DNA of 64,000 nt from an uncultured Candidatus Rokubacteria bacterium (GCA_963789955.1 CAWBMV010000001.1:640001-704000); one strand, 5' to 3'. Numbered from the stretch's first letter, positions 33,536 to 44,148 are shown. Notes: a model not told the origin generated them from the sequence alone. Translations and numbers: made by a program.

Positions 33536-35193
33536 ATGCGTCGCCGCACCGTCCTTCGCCTTCCCGGCCTGCTCCTGCTGATCGCGCTGGCCGGCTGCGG
33601 AGGCGAGGCGGACAACGCCATCGAGGCCGCGGCGGCGCCGGGATCGGGCAAGCCGGCCTACGGCGATACCTACATCGAGGCGCTGCAGGGGAACATCTCC
33701 GGCCTGATCCCGAACGTGCTCACCGACGGGCCGTCGTTCGAGGTCGCGGGGATGATGTACAACGGCCTCGTCAAGTACGACAAGGATCTGAATCTCGTCG
33801 GCGAGCTGGCCGAGTCGTGGCAGTACAGCCGCGACTGCCTCGATCTGACGTTCAAGCTTCGGCGCAACGTGCAGTGGCACGATCACACAGCCGTTCACCG
33901 CCGCCGACGTCGTCTTCACCTACGAGACGATGATCAATCCCAAGACGCCGACCGCGTACGGCGGCGACTTCAAGTCCGTCGAGTCGGTGGACGCGGTGGA
34001 CCCGTACACCGTGCACATCCGCTACAAGCACCCCAACGCCAAGGCGCTCCAGAGCTGGAGCGTCTGGATGCTGCCCAAGCACCTGCTGGAGTCGTACGCC
34101 CGCGAGGGCAAGCTGCGCGAGGCGCCGCAGAACCGGGCCGATCCGGTCGGCACCGGGCCCTATCTGTTCAAGGAGTGGAAGGCGGGCGAAAAGGTCGTCC
34201 TGGTCGCCAATCCGGACTACTTCGACGGCAAGCCGTACATCTCGCGCATCGTCTATCGCATCATCCCGAGCTCGGCGACGACCTTCCTGGAGCTCAAGGC
34301 CAAGGGCGTGGACGGCGCCAAGCTCACCGCGCTCCAGTTCAAGCGGCAGACCGAGTATCCGGCCTTCCGCAAGGCGTACAACAAGTACCAGTACGCGGCG
34401 AACGTCTACGTCTACTTCGGCATGAACCTGCGCGATCCGCGCTTCGCCGACCGGCGCGTGCGGCAGGCGTTCGCCCACGCGATCAACAAGCGCGAGCTGA
34501 TCGAGGGCGTGCGCCTCGGGCTGGCGCGTGAGGCGACCGGCCCGTACAAGCCCGGCACGTGGCAGTACAACCCGAACGTGCATCAGTACCCGTACGACCC
34601 CGCGAAGGCGCGCGCGCTCCTGGCGGAGGCCGGGTGGAACACCAAGAACGGCGACGGCATCCTCGATGAAGAACGGCGCGCCGTTCAAGTTCGACCTCCT
34701 CGTCGCGCAGGGGGGCGAGGAGGGCCGGAAGGTCTCCGAGATCATCCAGGCTTCGCTGAAAGACATCGGCGTCCAGGTCGAGATCCGCGTCATCGAGTGG
34801 GCCGCGCTGCTGAAGGAGTACATCAAGAAGCGGAACTTCGAGACGGTCATTCTGGCCTGGGGAATCACGCCCGACCCGGATCAGTACGACATCTGGCACT
34901 CGTCCAAGACCGCGCCCGACGAGCTGAACCGCATCGGCTACGCGAACCCCGAGGTGGACGAGCTGCTCGAGAAGGGGCGGAGCACGTGTGTCGAGGCCGA
35001 CCGCAAGAAGTACTACGATCGGCTGCAAGAAGTCCTGGCCGAGGACCAGCCGATCGTGTTCCTCTACTTCCGCGACGGGCTCCCGGTCGTCGCCTCCAGG
35101 ATTCGGGGTATCGTGCCGTCGCCGATCGGGATCAACTACAACTTCAACGAGTGGTTCGTCCCGCTGAATCTGCATCGTTATACGGCCGGCTAG
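33536..35193 (+). CDS. Peptide/nickel ABC transporter substrate-binding lipoprotein (frameshifts near 33888 and 34665)
   Basis: Lipobox LAGC; LAESW, FTAADVVFT, PVGTGPY, RVRQAFAHAIN. Confidence 0.9.
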
Positions 35194-35224
35194 ATTCGGC
35201 TCCGCCGCGTTAGAATAGCGCGCC

Positions 35225-36220
35225 ATGTTCGGCTACGCGCTGCGGCGGCTCGTCCTCGCGATCCCCCTCCTCATCGGCATCACCTTCGTCTCGTTCCTCG
35301 TCATCCACCTGGCGCCCGGCGAGCCGGTCGAGAACGCAGGCGGGGAGAGCAGCACGCAGTCCGACGCGAAGCTCCGGGAGCGGCTGCGCGAGATCTACGG
35401 GCTCGACAAGCCCTTGCACGTCCAGTACTGGAACTGGGTGACGCGGCTGGCGCGGCTCGACTTCGGGCGGTCGTTCTCGCCGGACGCGCGGCCGGTGCTC
35501 CAGAAGATCGGCGAGCGACTGCCGATCACGCTCCTGCTCAACATCGTCGAGCTGATGATCATCGTCATGCTCGCGATCCCGATCGGCGTGCTGTCGGCGA
35601 CACGCCAGTACTCTACCTTCGACAAGATCACGACGGTCTTCGTGTTCGTGGGCTTCGCCACGCCCGATTTCTGGCTGGCGCTCATGCTCATGATCGTCTT
35701 CGGCGTCCAGCTCGGCTGGCTGCCGATCTCGGGCCTGCGGTCGCCGACCTGGGAGTACCTCGCCTTCTGGCGACAGCAGTGGGACTTCGTCGGCCACCTC
35801 GTGCTGCCGATCCTGGTCGCCACGTTCGGCGGGCTCGCCGGCTTCTCGCGTTACATGCGCCAGTCGATGCTCGAGGTGGTCCGGCAGGACTACATCCAGT
35901 CGGCGCGGGCCAAGGGGCTCTCGGAGCGCGTGGTCATCGGCAAGCACGCGCTCCGCAACGCGCTGCTGCCGATCGTCACGGTCCTCGGGCTCTCGCTGCC
36001 CGGCCTCATCGGCGGCAGCGTGATCGTGGAGTCGATCTTCGCCATTCCCGGCATGGGACAGCTCATGGTCCAGGCGGTCTTCGAGCGCGACTACCCGGTG
36101 ATCATGGGTAACCTCGTCATCGTCGCGACCCTCACCCTGGTCGCCAACCTGATCGCCGATCTCACGTACAGCCTGGTCGACCCACGCATCCGAGTGGCCG
36201 CGCGCCGAGGCCGCCGGTGA
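35225..36220 (+). CDS. Peptide ABC transporter permease (OppB/DppB-like)
   Basis: LDKPLHVQY, QDYIQSARAKGL, HALRNAL, DPRIR. Confidence 0.93.
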   Translation: MFGYALRRLVLAIPLLIGITFVSFLVIHLAPGEPVENAGGESSTQSDAKLRERLREIYGLDKPLHVQYWNWVTRLARLDFGRSFSPDARPVLQKIGERLPITLLLNIVELMIIVMLAIPIGVLSATRQYSTFDKITTVFVFVGFATPDFWLALMLMIVFGVQLGWLPISGLRSPTWEYLAFWRQQWDFVGHLVLPILVATFGGLAGFSRYMRQSMLEVVRQDYIQSARAKGLSERVVIGKHALRNALLPIVTVLGLSLPGLIGGSVIVESIFAIPGMGQLMVQAVFERDYPVIMGNLVIVATLTLVANLIADLTYSLVDPRIRVAARRGRR

Positions 36221-36224
36221 GCGC

Positions 36225-37085
36225 GTGAGGGGCTTCTGGCGGGCGTTTCGCAGAAACAAGCTCGCGCTGATCGGCGGGGTCGTCGTCGTCATTCTCGTGG
36301 CGCTCGCGCTGTTGGCGCCTGGCATCGCGCCGTGGGACCCGAACCGACCCGACGTGCGGAAGATCCTCGACGCGCCCTCGAAAGCCCACCCGCTCGGGAC
36401 CGATCAGCTCGGGCGCGACGTGCTCTCGCGCATGCTCTACGGCGCGCGCGTCTCGCTGGCGGTCGGCTTCGTGTCCGTCGGCATCGCCACGATGATCGGC
36501 ATCGCGCTCGGCGCGGCGGCGGGCTACCACGGCGGCACCATCGACGCGCTGGTGATGCGGCTCGTGGACCTCATGCTGGTCTTCCCGCGACTGTTTCTCC
36601 TCCTCGCGGTGCTGGCCTTCCTGCGTCCGTCGATCTGGACGATCATGGCGGTGATCGGTCTCACCGGCTGGATGAGCGTCGCTCGCCTCGTCCGCGCCGA
36701 GTTCCTGTCGCTGAAAGAGCGCGAGTTCGTGCTGTGGTCTCAATCGATCGGCGCGAGCTCGTTTCGCACGATCTGGCGCCACATCTTGCCGAACGCGATC
36801 GGGCCGGTGCTCGTGGCGATGACGCTCGGCATCCCCGCCGCGATCCTCACCGAGTCGGGACTGTCCTTCCTCGGCCTCGGCGTCCAGCCGCCGCACGCGA
36901 CCTGGGGCAACATCCTGAACGAGGGCAAGGACGCGATCGAGATCGGCTGGTGGCTGTCGGCCTATCCGGGCCTCGCGATCCTCGTCACGGTGCTCTCGTA
37001 CAACCTCCTCGGCGAGGGGATTCGCGACGCGCTCGACCCGCGGCTTCGCCAGAGCGTCGCGCGAATTGTCAGTCGCTCGCGATAG
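36225..37085 (+). CDS. Peptide ABC transporter permease (OppC/DppC-like)
   Basis: [37 protein letters not shown]. Confidence 0.93.
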   Translation: MRGFWRAFRRNKLALIGGVVVVILVALALLAPGIAPWDPNRPDVRKILDAPSKAHPLGTDQLGRDVLSRMLYGARVSLAVGFVSVGIATMIGIALGAAAGYHGGTIDALVMRLVDLMLVFPRLFLLLAVLAFLRPSIWTIMAVIGLTGWMSVARLVRAEFLSLKEREFVLWSQSIGASSFRTIWRHILPNAIGPVLVAMTLGIPAAILTESGLSFLGLGVQPPHATWGNILNEGKDAIEIGWWLSAYPGLAILVTVLSYNLLGEGIRDALDPRLRQSVARIVSRSR

Positions 37086-37094
37086 CGCTATACT
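37066..37094 (+). promoter_or_regulatory. Sigma70 promoter of tRNA-Leu(GAG)
   Basis: TTGTCA-N17-TATACT ending 15 nt before the tRNA. Confidence 0.7.
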
Positions 37095-37109
37095 TCGGCC
37101 TCGCACCTC

Positions 37110-37194
<85 letters not shown>

Positions 37195-37417
37195 AATCCT
37201 CTCGCGAATCGTCGTCCTCTGTCCGAGTGCTCGCTGAGGGGCGATCGTCCCGCGATTTCCTTCCCGCTCGCGAACCGCCGTCGCTCGTCGGCTTCGCACT
37301 CGCGTGGCGCTGCCGTTCCCAGGCCGTCGTGATCGCGCGCATCCACGTGCAACTTACCCGGATGGCGCGAGCCGCGGTCGCCATTAGAATGGACGCTCGA
37401 TGCGACCGGCGCACGTG

Positions 37418-37779
37418 ATGCGGCGGACATTTCTCGCGGCGGTCGTTCTCGCCGGAGCGATGGCCGGCTGCGGCGTGGGCCAGGGCGGCGTCCTGGACTT
37501 GTCGTGGACGGCCCCGGCGGCGAATGCGGACGGCAGCCCGACGGCCGACATCGCGTTCTATCGTGTCTACTACGGCACCGCGCCGAACCCGTGTCCCGGC
37601 GGAACCTACGTCACGGTCCCGTCACCACCGGGAAGCTCCGGCCAAACCGTGACGACGCGGCTGACCAGGCTCAGCGTGGGCGAGGTCTACTACGTGGCGG
37701 TCACCGCGGTCAGCTCGAGCGGCGCCCAGAGCGAGTGCTCGGCGGCAGCGTCAGCAACCGGGCCCGCAAGCCGGACTAG
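37418..37779 (+). CDS. Small fibronectin type III-domain lipoprotein (probable frameshift near 37755)
   Basis: MRRTFLAAVVLAGAMAGC; LSWTAP, YRVYYG, YYVAVTAV..G.QSECS. Confidence 0.75.
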
Positions 37780-37822
37780 CAGCGGACAGCTCGAGGCGCG
37801 ACTCGACCCAGGTCAGGCTCGG

Positions 37823-38486
37823 CTACGACGCCGGCGCCTGGCCCTTCGACAGTCGTACCAGGAACTTCGTGAGGTCGCGTGCGATGTCGTCGAGGGCGTT
37901 ACGGATGTGGTTCTCGGAGACACCGCCCCATACTCCCATGGTTGCCTGGCGGCGATCGGCCGTCACGATGACGACCTGGCCCGACTGCAGGTCGGCGATG
38001 TGCGTCTCGGCCTGGACCCTCGCCGCGCCGCCGCCGTACACCCCGAATATCGCCCGCAAGGTCTGAGAGCCCTCGTCCAGGCGCGTGATCTCGCCGTCGA
38101 GCTTCAGCACCTTGCCCTCGTCGGGCCGGTATTCGGTCTCGCTCAGATTCACCACGCGGTCGAACAGGGCGCTCTCGCGCAGACGCCGGACCATCTCCGC
38201 TTGCAGGAAGGTGGACATCCCGTCCGCGAGCCGGCGGTCGTCATCCCCTTTGATGCTGGGATCGACGACTGGGAACTTCGCGACCGCCGCCACCCGGTAG
38301 CCGTCCAGGTGGAAGCCTCGAGCGACTCCGACGCGCCCGGCGTCGCGGTCGCTCTGGCTCGGCTTGAGCCCTCCGGCGCCGACGCTGTCGTCGGGGCTCA
38401 CTCGATAGGGGCCGTAGCAGCCGAGTCCGAGGACCGCGATGGCGAGGACGGCGAGCCCGACGAGTCGATCACGACGGAAACCCCAT
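37823..38486 (-). CDS. Hypothetical lipoprotein, DUF4410-like (frameshift just after the start)
   Basis: MGF/RRDRLVGLAVLAIAVLGLGC signal leads into the 37823..38401 frame; GEITRLDEGSQTLRAIFGVYGGGAA. Confidence 0.65.
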
Positions 38487-38647
38487 ACGTGCTTTCAGCC
38501 CGAGGAGTCCGAGGGCCGGTCGTCGGGGATTATACGTCGGGACCGAACGTCCGCGAAGCTGTCGAGCCCGGAGCCTCGGTCCCACAGGGTCTGGACAAAG
38601 GTCCATATGGCATAATGGCCCGGTTGGAACGAACTGAACGGCTGCTC

Positions 38648-39604
38648 ATGGCGCAATCACTTCCGGTGATCCAGCCCGACAGTCATCCGCTCCTGAGTCG
38701 AAAGCCGGCGTGGCTCAAGGTGCGGGCGCCCGGCGGGCCGAATTACATGCGGCTCAAGAGCCGTCTGCGCGAGTGGAATCTCCACACGGTCTGCGAGGAA
38801 GCGCACTGCCCGAACATCGGCGAGTGCTGGGAAGAAGCGACGGCGACCTTCATGATCCTGGGTGACGTCTGCACCCGGAACTGCGGCTACTGCGCCATCG
38901 CTCACGGCAAGCCCGTCTGGGAGGATCGCGAGGAGCCCGAGCGTATCGGCCGAGCGGTCGGCGATCTGAGCCTCGACTACGTCGTGATCACGTCGGTGAA
39001 CCGCGACGACCTGGCCGACGGGGGCGCCGCCCACTGGGCGGCCACGGTTCGCGCCGTCCGGCTGCACGCTCCGCGGTGTCGGGTCGAGGTGCTGATTCCC
39101 GATTTCCAGGGCAACACCGCGTCGCTCGAGACGGTCATCGCGGCCGGGCCGGACATCTTGAACCACAACACCGAGACGGTGCCGCGGCTCTACAAGGTCG
39201 CCCGGCACGGCGGGCGCTACGAGCGGACGCTCGGGCTGTTCCGCCATGCCCGCGCGGTGGCCCCGACCGTGCCGCGGAAGTCCGGGATCATCCTGGGTCT
39301 CGGCGAGACGCGGGACGAGCTCGTGGCCACGATGCACGACCTGCGCGAGGTCGGCGTCGCGATCCTGACCTTGGGCCAGTACCTGCGGCCCTCGCCGCAC
39401 CATCTGCCGGTCGAGAAGTACTACCATCCGGACGAGTTCGCCGAGCTGGCCGGGGTCGGTCGCGAGCTCGGCTTCAGCCACGTCGAGTCGGGCCCGCTCG
39501 TCCGCAGCTCCTATCACGCCAAGACGCCAAGCGGATGCCGGGGGCACAAGTGTTTGACGTGCGCCACCGGGCTGAACGGGCGTGTCGGAGCCGGGTCACC
39601 GTGA
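38648..39604 (+). CDS. lipA: Lipoyl synthase (true stop may be 39557 if there is a 1-nt insertion near 39524)
   Basis: RKPAWL, CEEAHCPNIGEC, CTRNCGYC, LVRSSYHA. Confidence 0.95.
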   Translation: MAQSLPVIQPDSHPLLSRKPAWLKVRAPGGPNYMRLKSRLREWNLHTVCEEAHCPNIGECWEEATATFMILGDVCTRNCGYCAIAHGKPVWEDREEPERIGRAVGDLSLDYVVITSVNRDDLADGGAAHWAATVRAVRLHAPRCRVEVLIPDFQGNTASLETVIAAGPDILNHNTETVPRLYKVARHGGRYERTLGLFRHARAVAPTVPRKSGIILGLGETRDELVATMHDLREVGVAILTLGQYLRPSPHHLPVEKYYHPDEFAELAGVGRELGFSHVESGPLVRSSYHAKTPSGCRGHKCLTCATGLNGRVGAGSP

Positions 39605-39711
39605 ACCAGAGCCGAACGACGCAACCGAAAAGATCGGACGTGCGGAGCTTCGCCGCGCCTATCTCAGGCCACCCTCGGTCGGAGCCGGCCTCGAGGCACC
39701 CGCTACAATGA
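39601..39711 (+). repeat. Junction element copy 2, encoding a 36-aa mini-ORF coupled to nuoA
   Basis: 56/70 identity to 14101-14170; ends CCCGCTACAATGA, overlapping the nuoA ATG. Confidence 0.8.
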
Positions 39712-40058
39712 CCTACGCGCCGATGCTCATGGTCTTCGCGATCTCGGCGCTCGTGGCCGCAGCGCTCGTGCTGCTGCCGAGCCTGATCGCGCCGCGGCGA
39801 CTCACGCCGGTGAAGGCCGAGCCGTTCGAGTGCGGCAAGGATCCGATCGAGGTCGCCGAAGGTAAGTTCGCGATCAAGTTCTCGACGGTCGCGATCTTCT
39901 TCATCCTCATCGACATCGAGCTCCTGTTCATCTGGCCGTGGGCCATGCTCTCCCGGCAGCTCGGCTGGTTCGGCTTCGTCGAGATGCTCGTGTTCCTGGG
40001 CATCCTGATGCTCGGGTTCGCGTACATCTGGCGCAAAGGAGGCCTCGAATGGGAGTAG
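39708..40058 (+). CDS. nuoA: NADH-quinone oxidoreductase subunit A, cluster 2
   Basis: [21 protein letters not shown]. Confidence 0.92.
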   Translation: MTYAPMLMVFAISALVAAALVLLPSLIAPRRLTPVKAEPFECGKDPIEVAEGKFAIKFSTVAIFFILIDIELLFIWPWAMLSRQLGWFGFVEMLVFLGILMLGFAYIWRKGGLEWE

Positions 40059-40507
40059 GCGGCTTCTTCACGAGCAAGCTCGACGAGGCCATCGGCTGGG
40101 CCCGGAAGTATTCCATCTTCCAGTACCCGTTCGTGACGGCGTGCTGCGGGATGGAGTACATGGCGACGGCGTGCTCGCACTACGACATCGACCGCTTCGG
40201 CGCCGGGCTGCCGCGGTTCTCGCCGCGCCAGGCCGACGTCCTGTTCGTCGTGGGGACGATCAGCCACAAGATGGCGCCCGTCCTCAAGCGCATCTACGAT
40301 CAGATGACCGAGCCGAAGTGGGTGGTCGCCTTCGGCGTGTGCACGTGCACCGGCGGCTTCTACGACAACTACGCCACGGTGCAGGGGATCGACACGATCA
40401 TTCCGGTCGACATCTACATCCCGGGCTGTCCGCCTCGCCCCGAATCCGTCATCGACGGGCTCATGAAGCTCCAGGACAAGATCGCCACGCAGGCGCAGAG
40501 GTACTGA
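40049..40507 (+). CDS. nuoB: NADH-quinone oxidoreductase subunit B, cluster 2
   Basis: [24 protein letters not shown]. Confidence 0.93.
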   Translation: MGVGGFFTSKLDEAIGWARKYSIFQYPFVTACCGMEYMATACSHYDIDRFGAGLPRFSPRQADVLFVVGTISHKMAPVLKRIYDQMTEPKWVVAFGVCTCTGGFYDNYATVQGIDTIIPVDIYIPGCPPRPESVIDGLMKLQDKIATQAQRY

Positions 40508-40511
40508 GCGC

Positions 40512-41000
40512 GTGGCGATTCTCGACGAGCTCCGGCGGCGGTTCGGCGGCGCCATCGTCGAGACGGACGACCATCGAGGAGATCTGACGGCGGTCGTCGC
40601 GCGTGACGCCCTGCTGGGCGTGCTGGCGCACTGCCGGGACGACGCGGCGCTGGCGTTCGACGTGCTCATGGACCTCACCGCGGTCGACTACCAGAAGTTT
40701 CCGGGCCGCGAAGACGGCCCCCGATTCGAGGTCGTCTACCATCTCTACTCGATCGCGCGGAATCACCGGCTGCGGCTGAAGGTACGCGTGGACGAGGACG
40801 ACGCCAAGGTGCCGACCGCGGTGACCATCTGGCCGATCGCGAACTGGCTCGAGCGCGAGGTGTGGGACATGTTCGGCATCCGCTTCGACGGGCATCCGGA
40901 TCCCCGGCGCCTGCTCATGTACGAGGAGTTCGTCGGGCATCCGTTGCGGAAGGACTATCCGATCAATCGGCGCCAGCCGCTGATCGGACCGGCGACCTAG
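40512..41000 (+). CDS. nuoC: NADH-quinone oxidoreductase subunit C, cluster 2
   Basis: EREVWDMFGIRFDGHP, HPLRKDYP. Confidence 0.94.
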   Translation: MAILDELRRRFGGAIVETDDHRGDLTAVVARDALLGVLAHCRDDAALAFDVLMDLTAVDYQKFPGREDGPRFEVVYHLYSIARNHRLRLKVRVDEDDAKVPTAVTIWPIANWLEREVWDMFGIRFDGHPDPRRLLMYEEFVGHPLRKDYPINRRQPLIGPAT

Positions 41001-41006
41001 AAGACG

Positions 41007-42380
41007 ATGGCCAGGACGACGCGGCGCGAGTTCATGCTCGGCGAGGGCAGCGGCACCGGCGGCGGCCCGCAGAACCTGCACGTCGGGGTCGGGCCGGCTC
41101 ATCCGGCGATGCACGGGATCATCCGGATCGTCACCGAGCTCGACGGCGAGACGATCGTCAAGGCCGACGTCGAGATCGGCTATCTGCACCGCGCGTTCGA
41201 GAAGGACTGCGAGCAGGGGGGCTGGAACAACGCGATCCCGTACACCGACCGGCTCAACTATGTCTCGCCGCTCATCAACAACTTCGGGTACGCGTCGGCC
41301 GTCGAGAAGCTCCTCGACATCGACGTGACCGAGCGGTGCAAGTACATCCGCGTGATCATGTCGGAGATCTCGCGGATCTGCGACCACCTCACGTGCGTCG
41401 GCGCCTCGGCCATGGAGCTCGGAGCCTTCACCGTCTTCCTCTACATGATCAAGGCGCGCGAGTTCCTGTGGGAGCTGGTCGAGGACGTGACCGGCGCCCG
41501 GCTGACGATCTCGTACGGCCGGGTGGGCGGCGTCAAGGCCGACCTGCCCGACGGGTTCGCCGAGAAGACCTTGCACGCCTTCAAGCAGACGCGCGAGGTG
41601 CTCGACGAGGTGCATCGCCTGCTGACCGGCAACCGCATCTTCATGGACCGCATGATCGGCGTCGGCGTGCTCTCGCGCGAAGAGACCATCGGCTACGCGA
41701 TCACGGGCCCGCTCCTGCGGGCCGCCGGCGTGCCGTTCGACGTCCGCCGCGCCCAGCCCTACTACGTCTACGACCGTCTGGAGTTCGAGATCCCCACGCA
41801 GAAGGACGGCGACAACTACTCGCGCTATCTCGTGCGCATGGCCGAGATGGAGCAGTCGATGCGCATCGTCGAGCAGGCGCTGGCCTCGATCCCGAGCGGC
41901 CCGATCAACGTGGACTTCGAAGGGCGCCCCATCGATCCCGCGGCGTACGTCGACCGCGGCAAGCAGGGCAAGACCGAGGGGCTGCTCCTGGTGCCGATCA
42001 CGCTCTCGCCGAATCTCCAGGGCCAGCAGCGGGCGGAATTCAGCCGCGTCAACGTCGCCGACAAGCGCGTCGTGCTCCCGCCGAAGGAGACCGCGTACGG
42101 CTCGATCGAGGGCCTGATGAACCACTTCATGCTGATCATGGAGGGCTTCGGTATCCGGCCGCCGGCGGGCGAGGCGTATTTCCCGGTCGAGGGCGCGAAC
42201 GGCGAGCTCGGATTCTACGTCGTCTCCGACGGGTCGGACCGGCCCTATCGAGTCCGGTGCCGCCCGCCCTGCCTGCCGCCGCTCGCGGCGCTCCATCGCA
42301 TGATCGTCGGCGAGATGGTGGCCGACCTGATCCCGACGTTCGGCTCGGTCAACATGATCGGCGGGGAGCTCGATCGATGA
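41007..42380 (+). CDS. nuoD: NADH-quinone oxidoreductase subunit D, cluster 2
   Basis: GPAHPAMHG, GYLHR, DRLNY, ends IGGELDR. Confidence 0.95.
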   Translation: MARTTRREFMLGEGSGTGGGPQNLHVGVGPAHPAMHGIIRIVTELDGETIVKADVEIGYLHRAFEKDCEQGGWNNAIPYTDRLNYVSPLINNFGYASAVEKLLDIDVTERCKYIRVIMSEISRICDHLTCVGASAMELGAFTVFLYMIKAREFLWELVEDVTGARLTISYGRVGGVKADLPDGFAEKTLHAFKQTREVLDEVHRLLTGNRIFMDRMIGVGVLSREETIGYAITGPLLRAAGVPFDVRRAQPYYVYDRLEFEIPTQKDGDNYSRYLVRMAEMEQSMRIVEQALASIPSGPINVDFEGRPIDPAAYVDRGKQGKTEGLLLVPITLSPNLQGQQRAEFSRVNVADKRVVLPPKETAYGSIEGLMNHFMLIMEGFGIRPPAGEAYFPVEGANGELGFYVVSDGSDRPYRVRCRPPCLPPLAALHRMIVGEMVADLIPTFGSVNMIGGELDR

Positions 42381-42925
42381 GCCAGGCGAGCCGCGACGCC
42401 TCGAGCATCTCGGCCGGACACCTGCGGACAGCCGGCCTCTCGGACCCGGCGACAGCAATCGCGTTCTCCGAGGCCCAGCTCGGCGAGGTCCGCCGGCTGC
42501 AGTCGCTCTATCCCGATGCGCGCGGCGCGCTCCTGCCCGTGCTCCACATGGCGCAGGAGACCTTCGGCTACATCTCGCTCGAGGCCGAGGAGTACGTCGC
42601 CGCGCTCTTCAATCTCTCGCCGGCCCACGTCCACGAGGTCGTCACCTTCTACACGCTCTACTTCCGCGAGCGGCCGGGTCGCCACGTCGTCGCGGTGTGC
42701 CACAACCTGTCCTGCCATCTCGCCGGCGCGCCGGGCATCATCGCCCACATGAAGCGCAAGCTCGGGATCGATCCCGGCGAGACCACCGAGGACGGTCGCG
42801 TGACGTTCCTCACGGTCGAGTGCCTCTGCGCCTGCGAGGCCGCGCCGATGGCCCAGGTGGACGACCGGTACGAGCTGAACCTCACACCGGAGAAGATCGA
42901 CCGCCTCCTCGAGGGGCTTCGCTGA
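42377..42925 (+). CDS. nuoE: NADH-quinone oxidoreductase subunit E with an N-terminal repeat-like extension
   Basis: ALLPVLH, VVTFY, CHNLSC and ECLCAC 2Fe-2S ligands. Confidence 0.92.
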   Translation: MSQASRDASSISAGHLRTAGLSDPATAIAFSEAQLGEVRRLQSLYPDARGALLPVLHMAQETFGYISLEAEEYVAALFNLSPAHVHEVVTFYTLYFRERPGRHVVAVCHNLSCHLAGAPGIIAHMKRKLGIDPGETTEDGRVTFLTVECLCACEAAPMAQVDDRYELNLTPEKIDRLLEGLR

Positions 42926-44148
42926 TGGCCGAGATCGTTCTGATGCGGAACTTCGCGAACGCGGACTCGCACACGCTCGGCGCCTATCGGGGGAGCGGCG
43001 GCTACGCGGCCTGGGACAAGGCCCGCCAGATGGAGCCGGCCGCCATCACCGAGGAGGTGAAGAAGGCCAATCTCCGCGGCCTGGGCGGCGCCGGGTTCCC
43101 GACGGGGGCGAAGTGGTCGTTCATCCCCAAGACTCACACCGGTCCCGTCTACCTCGTCGTGAACGCCGACGAAGGCGAGCCCGGAACCTTCAAGGACCGG
43201 TACCTCCTCGAGCGCGATCCGCACGCGCTGATCGAGGGCATGCTGATCGCGGCGCGCGCCATCCGATGCACGAAAGGCTTCGTCTACATCCGTGGCGAGT
43301 ACGTGCAGCCCTGGCGTCGCTTCAGCGCGGCGGTGCAGGAGGCCTATGACGCCGGCCTGCTGGGCCAGGGCTTCGACGTCGTCGTCCACCGCGGCGCCGG
43401 AGCCTACATCTGTGGCGAGGAGACCGGGCTGCTCTCGTCGCTCGAGGGCAAGAAGGGCTGGCCGAAGATCAAGCCCCCGTTTCCGGCCATCAAGGGCGCC
43501 TTCGGGCAGCCGACGATCGTCAACAACGTCGAGACGCTCTGCTGCGTGCCCCCGATCATCGCCCGCGGCGCCGAGTGGTTCGCCGGGCTCGGCACCAAGA
43601 CGCAGGGCGGCACGCGCATGTACTCGGTGTCCGGCCGGGTGAAGAAGCCCGCGGTGTACGAGGCGCCGGTGTCGATCACCTTGCGACAGCTGATCGAGAT
43701 GGCCGGCGGCGTGAGCGGCACCGGCCGGCTGAAGGCGGTCGTGCCGGGCGGGGGGTCGGCCGCGATCCTGACCGCCGACGAGATCGACGTCACCATGGAT
43801 GTGGACGGGCTCAAGGCCGCCGGCACCATGATCGGCTCGGCCGGAGTCATGGTCATGGACGAGAGCGTGTCCATTCCCGAGGCCCTCATGGTGCTCGCCC
43901 GGTTCTACGCGCACGAGTCGTGCGGGCAGTGCACGCCGTGCCGCGAGTCCACCGGCTGGATCTACAAGATGGTGCACCGGATCGTCGAGCGGCGCGGTCA
44001 CAAGGACGATCTCGACACGATCCTGGACGTCGCCAAGCGAGGCGCCGGGACGACGATCTGCGCCTTCTACGACGGCGCCGTCGGTCCGTACATCTCCTAT
44101 ATCGAAAAGTTCCGGAGCGAGTTCGAGGCGCTGATCCCCCATGCCTAA
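42925..44148 (+). CDS. nuoF: NADH-quinone oxidoreductase subunit F
   Basis: LRGLGGAGFPTG, NADEGEPGTFKDR, GAGAYICGEET, SCGQCTPCRE. Confidence 0.95.
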   Translation: MAEIVLMRNFANADSHTLGAYRGSGGYAAWDKARQMEPAAITEEVKKANLRGLGGAGFPTGAKWSFIPKTHTGPVYLVVNADEGEPGTFKDRYLLERDPHALIEGMLIAARAIRCTKGFVYIRGEYVQPWRRFSAAVQEAYDAGLLGQGFDVVVHRGAGAYICGEETGLLSSLEGKKGWPKIKPPFPAIKGAFGQPTIVNNVETLCCVPPIIARGAEWFAGLGTKTQGGTRMYSVSGRVKKPAVYEAPVSITLRQLIEMAGGVSGTGRLKAVVPGGGSAAILTADEIDVTMDVDGLKAAGTMIGSAGVMVMDESVSIPEALMVLARFYAHESCGQCTPCRESTGWIYKMVHRIVERRGHKDDLDTILDVAKRGAGTTICAFYDGAVGPYISYIEKFRSEFEALIPHA

